Of a stretch of DNA of 64,000 nucleotides, positions 18,498-28,656 are shown in pieces. How positions within the stretch are numbered: position 1 is the first letter of the stretch; each line of letters opens with the position of its first letter. The position numbers and the translations under genes are program-made. Source of the stretch: a virus; the IMG/VR virus record IMGVR_UViG_3300013125_000003, positions 67,446-131,445 of that record; one strand, written 5' to 3'. The notes below the pieces were generated by a model. The model saw nothing but the letters and a program-made list of their open reading frames with translations. It was not told the DNA's origin and did no database searches.

Positions 18498-19592
18498 TTA
18501 CATGTCGGCCAGAAGGTCGTCAAGGTCGGTACTCTTCGCTCCGGCTTTTTCCTTTCCTGTTGTTGCAGGTGGTGCAGTTGGAGCTGGCATTTCTTCCGGT
18601 TCAGGTTCGCTGATGTCTTCCGGACCACCGTCTGGTTCGTCAAGTTCTACTGATATAGACTGACTTTTAGACTGAGGAGCTGGAGCTGGAGTGAATTCAA
18701 GTTCCTCGCCGGCTGGAGCAGTGCGCTTCGTAGCCGGTTTAGTTGAAGTAAAGAGTTTCTTCATCTTCTCATCCCTTAAGCCTGCTACCAAGTTATCGAT
18801 GATCTGCTTGTACGGAACGATCGCTTTGATGAACTCTGCAATCTTCACGTATTCCTCTTCTGTCCATTCCTTTAGGAAGTACTGGCTGAGGTCAGGCGAA
18901 TTTTCTAGAAGGAACTTCTTGGTGAAATTCATCACCTTCGGATCCGCTGATACTGGAATTTCCTTGCCGCCATGAGAGATGATCAGCGGACTGACTTCTT
19001 TCATGAACTTGCTGGAGGTGTAGTCTCTCCACGATTTGGTCTTACGCTTTACGACTAGAACGAAATCCTTACCCTCAGTGAGAGAGTACGGGTTGATCGA
19101 CTGCTCGACGACAAGCTCCGATTCCGGGTGAAGTTCCTGCTGGATGAGGTTGTCAATACCGTAACCGAAAGAGTAAACTTTGATCTTTCCTTCGAGATTT
19201 TCGAACTGCGGATCTCTCTTGATGTAGATGCAAGAGAAGTAGTTGTAGCAACGGTTAAAGTACTTTTTGATTTCCTCAACGGTCTGAGGTTCGGATTCCT
19301 TTAGGTTCTTGAGTTCTAAGTCAAGCGACCATAGGATTGATGGTGCTCCGGTTGTGGACGGACAATCAACGAAAATTTTCTCGTTGGTTAACGGGTTTTG
19401 AAGTTTTGCTGAGTACTTTTTGTACTTGCTCTTTGCCGGGTCTTGTGCCCAAGGAATGAAACGAATGATTGATTTGTAAACTCCGTTCTGCCCTTGATCG
19501 GGTCCTGGGTTGTAAAGGTTTTCGTCAACTTTTCGAGTGCCTCCTGATTTACCGGTAAAATCGTCTGGATTAAGATTAAAAAGGTCTTCCAT
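18498..19592 (-). CDS. ssDNA-binding protein (T4 gp32-like)
   Basis: IIRFIPW, DCPST, GKIKVYSFG, GKDFVL and RDYTSSKF motifs; acidic tail ending DLDDLLADM. Confidence 0.88.
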   Translation of the reverse strand: MEDLFNLNPDDFTGKSGGTRKVDENLYNPGPDQGQNGVYKSIIRFIPWAQDPAKSKYKKYSAKLQNPLTNEKIFVDCPSTTGAPSILWSLDLELKNLKESEPQTVEEIKKYFNRCYNYFSCIYIKRDPQFENLEGKIKVYSFGYGIDNLIQQELHPESELVVEQSINPYSLTEGKDFVLVVKRKTKSWRDYTSSKFMKEVSPLIISHGGKEIPVSADPKVMNFTKKFLLENSPDLSQYFLKEWTEEEYVKIAEFIKAIVPYKQIIDNLVAGLRDEKMKKLFTSTKPATKRTAPAGEELEFTPAPAPQSKSQSISVELDEPDGGPEDISEPEPEEMPAPTAPPATTGKEKAGAKSTDLDDLLADM

Positions 19593-19633
19593 TTTTCAAA
19601 TGTGATTTTTTAGGGGTGTTATTTTTACTTATT

Positions 19634-19660
19634 CTTTTACACAGAAGGCGGCAAAGGTTT
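19634..19660 (-). promoter_or_regulatory. AAAC-N17 class promoter (gp32 operon)
   Basis: Minus strand (TG)AAAC-ctttgccgccttctgtg-TAAAAG. Confidence 0.65.
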
Positions 19661-19663
19661 CAC

Positions 19664-19697
19664 AAAAAATGGGCAAAAGTTTTCACTTCTGCCCATT
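19664..19697 (-). terminator. Intrinsic terminator
   Basis: Minus strand AATGGGCAGAAGT-gaaa-ACTTTTGCCCATT followed by a T tract. Confidence 0.8.
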
Positions 19698-19728
19698 CAG
19701 ATTAAAGAAAGGAGGTACTTTGATCTGC

Positions 19729-19914
19729 TTACTGCTTAACCGAAGCCTTCACATTCTGGATGTCGTTACGACCTTCCTGGGAAAGCTGTTTAATATCCTG
19801 CAGAAGCTTGCGGGCGCGGGTACCAGCTGAGTTGTTTCCCTTGTTGTAGAATTTGTTGTGCTCAACTTCGAGTTCGCTGACCGCGGTTTTGATTTGTTCT
19901 AACCAATTTGCCAT
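19729..19914 (-). CDS. Histone H1-like (Hc1 family) small protein
   Basis: KFYNKGNNSAGTRARKLLQDIK matches the Hc1-family core. It has its own promoter and terminator. Confidence 0.8.
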   Translation of the reverse strand: MANWLEQIKTAVSELEVEHNKFYNKGNNSAGTRARKLLQDIKQLSQEGRNDIQNVKASVKQ

Positions 19915-19945
19915 GTTCTTGTTGTTTATTTTAAGGATTTGAATT

Positions 19946-19972
19946 ATTATATTTGTGAAAAGAAATCGGTTT
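19946..19972 (-). promoter_or_regulatory. AAAC-N17-TATAAT promoter
   Basis: Minus strand AAAC-cgatttcttttcacaaa-TATAAT. Confidence 0.75.
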
Positions 19973-20703
19973 TAAAGAATCCGATACTTTTTGCTTATTT
20001 TTGTTTCCGGAAAGTGTTTTATCGTGAATTTTACCCACCAGTCGATGACCTCTTTCATTTCCTCGGCCGTGATTAATCCGGAATCTTTGATTGGAGAAAG
20101 GTACGCTTCGAATTCAACGTCAGCCGGTATGCCCTTCTTGTCTGATGACAGTCTCATTCCTGAAACCATCGCCGGTATTTCATCCGGTAAAAGAAAATAC
20201 TTGTAAGAGGATTCCGATTCCTTTCGATTTTTGTCTACTTCAGAACCTGAATGGTGCGGTTGCTTGTTCTGCCCTTTCTGAAGAAGGTGTTCAAGCTCGT
20301 GTCTAACGCAATCCAAAAGACGGAAGTATAAAAGTTTGTGAGATTCTGGTTCTTTGGAAGGGTCGATGACTATGTTTACTTCTATTTCTGGGTCAGGCGC
20401 GTGGTCCTCGTAAAATATGTAGGATCTTGCGTCGATAGCGAAACCATTTTTACTAAAGTTTTGCTTTTCCCAAGGAACGCTGTAGAAAATTTTACTTTTG
20501 CTAGGTTCGAACGTTTTGCTTCTAGCAACTGTTATTGTCAGAGAAAATGTCGCAGGATCGACGTACTCAATAGTCCTAGCGATCCGGCCTTTGAAAGCTT
20601 CGGCTTTTTTGGACGTGATGAGTTTCATCAAAGTATTCGCGATTTCTTCCGAAAAGAAATCGTATTTTGACTCGTACACGAACCGCAAAAAATCCATTAT
20701 CAT
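19972..20703 (-). CDS. HExxH-motif (zincin-like) protein
   Basis: VRHELEHLLQ followed by YFLLPDEIPA, which could supply a third Glu ligand. Confidence 0.65.
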   Translation of the reverse strand: MIMDFLRFVYESKYDFFSEEIANTLMKLITSKKAEAFKGRIARTIEYVDPATFSLTITVARSKTFEPSKSKIFYSVPWEKQNFSKNGFAIDARSYIFYEDHAPDPEIEVNIVIDPSKEPESHKLLYFRLLDCVRHELEHLLQKGQNKQPHHSGSEVDKNRKESESSYKYFLLPDEIPAMVSGMRLSSDKKGIPADVEFEAYLSPIKDSGLITAEEMKEVIDWWVKFTIKHFPETKISKKYRIL

Positions 20704-21272
20704 TTTTTCGATGATCTCAAGAACACAACGCTCAGATCGTCAGTAGATGGATTGTCAAATTCATTTTCTGAATCGAAAGTAACGTCAATCGGTCCCTTAT
20801 CCGTTCCGAGAGTTCCGTCCATCACTTCTCTTTTGAAATCCGAGTAAACGTTTGACGGCATCGGTCTCTTTCCGTTTAGCGCAGCTTTCACAAGTTCAGC
20901 ATTTTCTTCGTCCTTGTGAGTGGTTAACCACTTTTCCAGCTCTTCCTGAGATACTTCGTAAACTGTGAATCTCTTAACTCCGCCTTCCTTATCGAACTCA
21001 CCGTGCCATTTTTTCTGAGGAGCGTCCTGAATAAAAACAAAGCGCAATCCGGTTGGCTCAGTAGGAGCTGCTACTGGCGCGTTTGGATCAGGTGGTAAGG
21101 TTGAAGATCCTGCACCAAAATCTGCAGGAGGTGGAGGAGGAGGAGTCGTCGGTGGCGGTGGAGGAGTGTCTACCGCTGGAGAAGGAGGTGGAGGAGGAGC
21201 CCCAGCACCAAGTTCGTCCTGTTCAAGTATTAGTACGGATTTTCTAAATTCGTCAAAGCTGAGAATGTCCAT
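20700..21272 (-). CDS. Proline-rich hypothetical protein
   Basis: Start placed at ATG 21272 (MDILSFDEF) downstream of a late motif; contains poly-Pro tracts. Confidence 0.75.
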   Translation of the reverse strand: MDILSFDEFRKSVLILEQDELGAGAPPPPPSPAVDTPPPPPTTPPPPPPADFGAGSSTLPPDPNAPVAAPTEPTGLRFVFIQDAPQKKWHGEFDKEGGVKRFTVYEVSQEELEKWLTTHKDEENAELVKAALNGKRPMPSNVYSDFKREVMDGTLGTDKGPIDVTFDSENEFDNPSTDDLSVVFLRSSKK

Positions 21273-21294
21273 GGTAAACTGCCTTTTTCTGATA

Positions 21295-21303
21295 CTATTT
21301 ATC
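21295..21303 (-). promoter_or_regulatory. T4-late-like promoter
   Basis: Minus strand GATAAATAG immediately after the terminator. Confidence 0.6.
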
Positions 21304-21332
21304 AAAAAAACGGGAAGGATTTCTCCTTCCCG
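21304..21332 (-). terminator. Intrinsic terminator
   Basis: Minus strand CGGGAAGGA-gaaa-TCCTTCCCG-TTTTTTT. Confidence 0.9.
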
Positions 21333-21460
21333 TCTTAGGCCTAAGTATTCAAAATCGGATATGAGTGCTAGGTTCTTGACGAAAGTTAAGCTTGAAAATG
21401 TTCTAAAATTGACTAGCTAGTTCGTCAACAAACTGGGTTTGTCTGAATGACTCATACCTT
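21304..21460 (-). ncRNA. Candidate structured small RNA (~155 nt)
   Basis: Bounded by a GATAAATAA motif and a terminator. Nested stems pair 21450-21458 with 21358-21366 and 21421-21433 with 21372-21383. Only a 12-codon ORF lies inside. Confidence 0.5.
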
Positions 21461-21464
21461 TAGA

Positions 21465-21473
21465 TTATTTATC
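21465..21473 (-). promoter_or_regulatory. T4-late-like promoter
   Basis: Minus strand GATAAATAA. Confidence 0.6.
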
Positions 21474-21491
21474 TAAGGATGAGTCAGAATA

Positions 21492-22673
21492 TTAGATGTC
21501 AATGAAATCCAGTTTCAAGTTTTTGCGAATGGTGTCGACCCTGGTGATGGTGACGTTTCCGGTGTTAGGTATTCGGATCTTACCTTTAAGGTGACTTACG
21601 TCTGTCCTGAAAGTTGAATCCTCATCCGGCATGTCGACCTCAATGTGAAAGTCTGACTTGTCGAGAACGTACCTTAGAGTCTTGCCCTCGATCCTGGTTT
21701 TGAAATCCTGCCATGCAAGCTTGTCCTCATCAACTTTGCTTAGAGTGTCTGTGAGAATTATTCGTGGCTCGCCTTTCTTGATGACTATGTCCTTTACATA
21801 CACGTCAATTTCAGGGCCGGTTAAGGTAGAGCAGAACTTTTCGTAATCTGCGAATTCCGTCTGGTGTAGAAGTCCAGTAAAGTAACCGTTGATTTCTACG
21901 AAGATGCCAAAAGCGTACGGATCGTTGGTCATCACGCCTGTGTACTTCTTGCCAAATTCAAGTTCGTGAATTCTCTGAGGCAGCGTGTACTTAACGTACT
22001 TTTTATACGAAACAATGTACAGATCGTTCGCGGCATCGTAATTTTCGATCATGACAGGAATTTCCTTGTTCAGGTACTCGTCAAAATCTTTTATCACGTT
22101 AGCAGCCGCGTGAGAACCCGGAAGGAAGCACTTGATGTTTCCTTTGTAGAGAGCAAGGTAACCACCCTTCACAAGGCTAACGATCTTCACGATGAACCAT
22201 TTGTCGCCCTTCATGAAATCGTTTAGGTGTTCGCGGTGGGTCAGAGTAGCTGTCTGTTTCTCCGAACCGTAATAATCACCGGAGTTTGTTTTGGTGATGA
22301 TCACTCTGAATTCGCGAGAAGACTCGTCATTCAAAAGTATCTCAGGATCCTCAGAGTATTCCCTGAAAGGAACGACCACGCTGGTCTTTGAGTACTTTTC
22401 CTCGGTCTGAATCATTTTATTAGTAAAATCGATCGTTTTTGCAACGACCACACACATCTGACCTTCAGAAAAGTCCTTCGACCCTATCTCGTTGGTGACG
22501 CAATTGTTCACGTAGAGATCGTATAGTTCCTGAGCATACGGCTCCTTGCAAAAGATCTTAACTCGAGCTTTGCTGTCTCCGCTGATAAGGTTTAGGGTTT
22601 CGTTGAATTTTGTAGTCGGCTGGGTAAGAACGTCCGATCCAGGAACGGTGATGTCAACTAATTTTAAGCTCAT
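21492..22673 (-). CDS. Ribosomal protein S1-like multi-OB-domain protein
   Basis: S1 repeats KIVSLVKGGYLA..IKCFLPGSH and YTGVMT..AFGIFVEI..FTGLLHQTE. Start placed at ATG 22673, downstream of the promoter at 22704-22730. Confidence 0.8.
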   Translation of the reverse strand: MSLKLVDITVPGSDVLTQPTTKFNETLNLISGDSKARVKIFCKEPYAQELYDLYVNNCVTNEIGSKDFSEGQMCVVVAKTIDFTNKMIQTEEKYSKTSVVVPFREYSEDPEILLNDESSREFRVIITKTNSGDYYGSEKQTATLTHREHLNDFMKGDKWFIVKIVSLVKGGYLALYKGNIKCFLPGSHAAANVIKDFDEYLNKEIPVMIENYDAANDLYIVSYKKYVKYTLPQRIHELEFGKKYTGVMTNDPYAFGIFVEINGYFTGLLHQTEFADYEKFCSTLTGPEIDVYVKDIVIKKGEPRIILTDTLSKVDEDKLAWQDFKTRIEGKTLRYVLDKSDFHIEVDMPDEDSTFRTDVSHLKGKIRIPNTGNVTITRVDTIRKNLKLDFIDI

Positions 22674-22703
22674 GTTTGCGTTATTAAAGGATAACTCTTT
22701 CTT

Positions 22704-22730
22704 ATTATACGGAGAACACACTCATGGTTT
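22704..22730 (-). promoter_or_regulatory. AAAC-N17-TATAAT promoter
   Basis: Minus strand AAAC-catgagtgtgttctccg-TATAAT. Confidence 0.75.
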
Positions 22731-22748
22731 TTGTCAACCTCACTTTTT

Positions 22749-25700
22749 TTACATCATGTGAGGAGTAATGTGATTTATCGGAAAAGTAGGAGAGTACGGC
22801 AAGACCGCTGGTGTTTTCGTTTGAAATATAAGAGAACCGGTTGCATAGATCGAACCTCTCCAAGCTATCTCGTCCAAGAAAATCGCAAATAGCGGATTTT
22901 TGTGAGTCAACCTTTCCCAAGGTGGAAGATCGTCCATGTTCATGATCGGGTGGATCAACCTTGCGCCGGCAACCGTTATGTAATTCGTTATCGGATTGCC
23001 TAATGCGCACAAAGCTAGAACGCCGATCCATGCTATCTGTTTCAGAACAGGTTCGATAGCTTCTAAAGCAGGTATAATGGTCAGCTGAATGAGGTTGAAC
23101 GCGTCTGGGCTTATTATTTTCAATTTTACCGAATTTGGAATGGCTGCGTCTATCGCAATTTTCGCCAGTTTCAATATCGTTATTAAAGGTAAAGCAGCTT
23201 CTATTATGTTGAAACTGTAACTGTTTAGAGATAGCGAAAGTTTAGATAGAAGGTCTACTACCGCTTTTAACGGAGCAACTATCATGTCAAAAACTGAATT
23301 CATGAGAGTTCTAATGAATTCGATTATGTCTGCGCCCGTTATGAGGTGGAAGTAGCCGTAAAGGTCAAGAGCAAGAAGAGGAAATGCTGCTAAGTTTACG
23401 ATCGTGCCGTCTGACAAGCTTAGTGAAACTTTGAAAACCGGCGAATCAGTTGATGATCTTTCACCGGTAGTTGGATCGGTGAACACGTACCTTTGTCCAA
23501 CTGGCGTGTTTGTTTCGTCAACTGTGACGGAAACAGTAGTACCGAACCCACACGAAGCTGAAAATACTTGTTTGGCGGATTCCTTATCAGCCTCTGACAC
23601 GCCAAACACACCTCGTTGGTCCTTCACCGGGACGGTCGGAGGATCGGCTAGTGGAACCATTGAATCAGTAGATCCGCCTGCCTCTTCCTTAGCTTTTCGG
23701 TAAGCATCGGCTGCCTCATCTATAAGAGAAAAGGTTGCAGTTATTAGAGCAGCGATAAGAGCTTTCAAAAGAGGTTTTAGAATTGGGTCTAGCGGAATAG
23801 TTATCGAGATTGACGGCGGTTGCAAAGGATTGAAAGCCTTCGGAATTGAGATTAAAGAGAGAATCGGAACCAAGAAAGCTTGGATCAAAAGAAGAAGGTT
23901 AGCTGGGTCAGGCAACGAAACGTTTGGTATCACGGAAATAAGACTGTCGAACAATGTCGTCAAAAAAGATGATGCTACTTGCTTTCCAGATATTCCTAAA
24001 AATCCAATTATGCTGTCAACCGTCAACCCATCAATGATTGCTTGCATCAGAGCAGAAAGAACTGCGAATGCCATTGCTACTTCAGGCGGAACGCCAGAAA
24101 AAACTGGCTGCGACGAAATTTCGCAACACTTCTTTGAAAAATTGAACAAGGTTATCTTCGGCGGGTTTAGAAGAGCAACCGCTGTAAAAGCTAAAGCGTC
24201 TCTAGCTAATTCCTGAAGGTTACGGTTAGCTATCATCATTTCCTTTGCTTCATCATCGTCCTTCGCTTGAGAAAGATCGAAGTTTACCGGGTCGCCCTTT
24301 AAGTACTTTATCGTTTCCTGAACCATGTTGTTCAGCGAATCCTTTAGCTCATCCAGATCTTCCTGCAATTCCAAGTTAAACGACTGTTTGGTTACTGCCT
24401 CGTTCATGTTTATCTTGGCAACAGCTTTTTTCATCTGGGCGTTTAAACTCTTAGCACTTTCCTCAACTTTAAAGTCACCTAAGGATGCCATAGTTATCAG
24501 GTCGATCACAGCTGTGATAGCTTCGGGTATTCCAGGATTGTTCTTCGTTGAATCCTTCGGAAAACGTATCGTTCCGAATTTTATGTTATCAATGTGCTTG
24601 TTAAAATCATCGACTGTTGAATTTATCTTCTGCTGTATCGTTATGGTGTTCAGTGCCCTAGCTGCTTTCTTATCTTTTCTCTTCTTGGCTAGGTTCTTTT
24701 CCGTTTCTGCTTCGGTAAGGGCTTCCGACCTAGCGTTTCTCTGTTCCTCGCGAAGATTGTTCACCGACTCAGTTTGCATGTTGCCTAACTTATCAAGCTG
24801 CTTATTCAACGTGGCTTTAAGTCGATCTAACTGTCGGTCGAATTCTTTTGACGGATCTGCATCCACGATGTTTTTCATCATCTCCGTCTCGCTTAAGTAA
24901 TACTTTGAGTAATCTTCGCTACTCATGTCGAACGGAAGTTGTTCACCGTTTATGTTGGTGACGGTCGGTTGTTTTCCGCTCGCTATGTCGATCGCTAGTT
25001 TCGCGAGTCGAGTCGCTTTGGAAGATGCGGCAGATATCGCTAACGGCTGAGTGAATGCACCCTTTATTGGGTAACCTTTGTAAGAATTACTAGGGTTCAG
25101 ACCCAATGGGTTTTGAGAGTTCGAAGATGTGTCCAATTCGTACCCGAACACTAAGTTCTTAGTGTTGCTCCAAAGCAAAGGAATGTTTACCGCTAACGGC
25201 AAGTACTTCGTACCGTCCGGCGCAAAGTAAAACAAATAGATTGACGGCAGAGGGATGCCTATTGGAGCGATAGGCATCGTTAGGAAACAGATCAGAGTGC
25301 CAACTGCTGTTGGTATTACAAACAGAGGTTTCCAGATAGGTGGTATGGTTAAAAGAACCAACGCTGGCCCTGCCGGAATAACGCAGTTAACTGGCCAGTA
25401 CCTAAATCCCAAATTTGCAGGTGGAGGTCCGCTTAGATCCGGAAATGGTAAGAGGCAAATTTTGTTCAGAGCCTTTGCAAATTCCTTCCAGTAACACTGT
25501 GAACCTATGTCAGGTAAACCGAAGTTTATCTCTCCAAGCGTTCTAAGGTACAGCGGGTCAGTTCCTAGTTTTTTCTTAGTGTCTTCTTCACAACCTGGAT
25601 CTGATTCTGGAACTATTGTTCCTGCTTTTGTGAAACACGGTATGCCAAGGATCTTCTTTTTAGTAGCTTCCTCATCCATGACATTTTCCTTGATGAGAGT

Positions 25701-26912
25701 GTCTAGCTTTTTTAGCTGATCATCGCAATCTGATATGAGCTGTTCCACCTCAGACCTAGCATTGGCATAAAAAGTCAGTATGACGGTGCTCCCCATGTTT
25801 GGAGATTTTCTAAAGACGTCAGCTGCTTCCCGTATGGCTAAAGATTGGATAGCCTGACTGCTTGACTGAATGATGTTAGGATAAACTTCTTCCTTTTCCT
25901 TCTTTACTCGCTTAGGGTACTCATCTTTCAAGCTATCGTAAAAAGCTTCGTACGTCGCTTGGTTTTGAATGTAATAGGTTGTCTCTCCTTCACTTACCGT
26001 GGTCGGAGCGTCCTTTATTTCCTTTAGCTGAGGATCTATTAAGCTTTCGTCCACAGTCAACCCGCGTTCCTCCAATGTGAAAAGGTAGGATAATGGTTTA
26101 GCCATCTTTCTGTACAAGCCTGGGTAAATGTCAGGTGAATTTCCGTTGTACAAAAAGCCTGGCAGACTATCGTAATCTGATATTTCCTTTGGCGGATTGC
26201 TTGATTTGTTGGGATCGTAAGCATCCTGGTTAACTAAGCTAAAAATTCTCTTGACTCCAAATAAATCCTTTGTGAGAAACGGACTGTCGAATATCTGAAC
26301 GGTAGTTTCTACCAACTGGTTGGTTTCTGGGTCAGGCAGTTTTACTGTTACTCCGTTCAACCCGATGAGCCGAAGAGCAAACGTTGCTGCTCTGCTAGGA
26401 ACGAATTGAGTCGCTTGGTTGGAAAAGTACGCGATCAGCTGACCAGTTATCTGAGTAGTTGTAGATTGAATGAGGTTAGCCGTTTCTGCGTCAGAGGTAG
26501 GAAGCGCTTCTATGGATTGTATCTTTTGGTTAGCTTTTGCTATGCCTTCTTTTACTAAAGTGTCGATGACTTCTCCCAGGAACCTGTGTCTAGCTTCGTA
26601 GTAAATTTTGACCGTGTCTAAGTTGTCTCTAAGCTCCTGAACCTTTGCTCGTAGGATCCCTTGCTTCATTCCGTCAAGCAGCTTTCCTTGCTGGTCCTCT
26701 AGCATCTTTTGAAGTTCCAAAATAGCAGACGGAAGACAATCCATCTGAGAGGTATCTATGCTAAGGTCTGACGAGACGTCGATCGTTTCGATCGGTTTAA
26801 CCTGGTCTATGCAAGCTTTTACTCGGTCGAACTCTTCGTCTGTGAATCCCAAGCTCGGAGCTGACCCACACCTTACCGCATCTATCAGGCTCTTGTAGTC
26901 AGAAAGTTCCAT
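22749..26912 (-). CDS. Large hypothetical protein (coiled-coil plus Pro-rich hydrophobic segments; possibly virion-associated)
   Basis: 1387-aa uninterrupted ORF; no catalytic motif recognised. Confidence 0.8.
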   Translation of the reverse strand: MELSDYKSLIDAVRCGSAPSLGFTDEEFDRVKACIDQVKPIETIDVSSDLSIDTSQMDCLPSAILELQKMLEDQQGKLLDGMKQGILRAKVQELRDNLDTVKIYYEARHRFLGEVIDTLVKEGIAKANQKIQSIEALPTSDAETANLIQSTTTQITGQLIAYFSNQATQFVPSRAATFALRLIGLNGVTVKLPDPETNQLVETTVQIFDSPFLTKDLFGVKRIFSLVNQDAYDPNKSSNPPKEISDYDSLPGFLYNGNSPDIYPGLYRKMAKPLSYLFTLEERGLTVDESLIDPQLKEIKDAPTTVSEGETTYYIQNQATYEAFYDSLKDEYPKRVKKEKEEVYPNIIQSSSQAIQSLAIREAADVFRKSPNMGSTVILTFYANARSEVEQLISDCDDQLKKLDTLIKENVMDEEATKKKILGIPCFTKAGTIVPESDPGCEEDTKKKLGTDPLYLRTLGEINFGLPDIGSQCYWKEFAKALNKICLLPFPDLSGPPPANLGFRYWPVNCVIPAGPALVLLTIPPIWKPLFVIPTAVGTLICFLTMPIAPIGIPLPSIYLFYFAPDGTKYLPLAVNIPLLWSNTKNLVFGYELDTSSNSQNPLGLNPSNSYKGYPIKGAFTQPLAISAASSKATRLAKLAIDIASGKQPTVTNINGEQLPFDMSSEDYSKYYLSETEMMKNIVDADPSKEFDRQLDRLKATLNKQLDKLGNMQTESVNNLREEQRNARSEALTEAETEKNLAKKRKDKKAARALNTITIQQKINSTVDDFNKHIDNIKFGTIRFPKDSTKNNPGIPEAITAVIDLITMASLGDFKVEESAKSLNAQMKKAVAKINMNEAVTKQSFNLELQEDLDELKDSLNNMVQETIKYLKGDPVNFDLSQAKDDDEAKEMMIANRNLQELARDALAFTAVALLNPPKITLFNFSKKCCEISSQPVFSGVPPEVAMAFAVLSALMQAIIDGLTVDSIIGFLGISGKQVASSFLTTLFDSLISVIPNVSLPDPANLLLLIQAFLVPILSLISIPKAFNPLQPPSISITIPLDPILKPLLKALIAALITATFSLIDEAADAYRKAKEEAGGSTDSMVPLADPPTVPVKDQRGVFGVSEADKESAKQVFSASCGFGTTVSVTVDETNTPVGQRYVFTDPTTGERSSTDSPVFKVSLSLSDGTIVNLAAFPLLALDLYGYFHLITGADIIEFIRTLMNSVFDMIVAPLKAVVDLLSKLSLSLNSYSFNIIEAALPLITILKLAKIAIDAAIPNSVKLKIISPDAFNLIQLTIIPALEAIEPVLKQIAWIGVLALCALGNPITNYITVAGARLIHPIMNMDDLPPWERLTHKNPLFAIFLDEIAWRGSIYATGSLIFQTKTPAVLPYSPTFPINHITPHMM

Positions 26913-26951
26913 CCAGCAAAATATCGTTTATTTTATCTATCGATCGCCCCT

Positions 26952-26995
26952 AAAAAGCAAGTGCCTGGAACGGTTGCTCGCCCAGGCACTACTTG
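26952..26995 (-). terminator. Intrinsic terminator after groEL
   Basis: AGTGCCTGG/CCAGGCACT stem followed on the minus strand by TGCTTTTT. Confidence 0.65.
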
Positions 26996-27010
26996 TCGAT
27001 GGCTGTTGAC

Positions 27011-28636
<1,626 letters not shown>

Positions 28637-28656
28637 TTAGAGCGTGAATGGTTCAC

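Noticed and set aside
3794-19914. SET plus histone-like protein as a chromatin-methylation system
   Set aside because: The genes are 15 kb apart, the SET catalytic motifs are degenerate, and Hc1 is not a true histone fold.
20700-21455. TAG read-through fusion from ATG 21455 into the Pro-rich gene
   Set aside because: The frame is open after one TAG, but it crosses a strong terminator and a new promoter. An RNA structure explains the region better.
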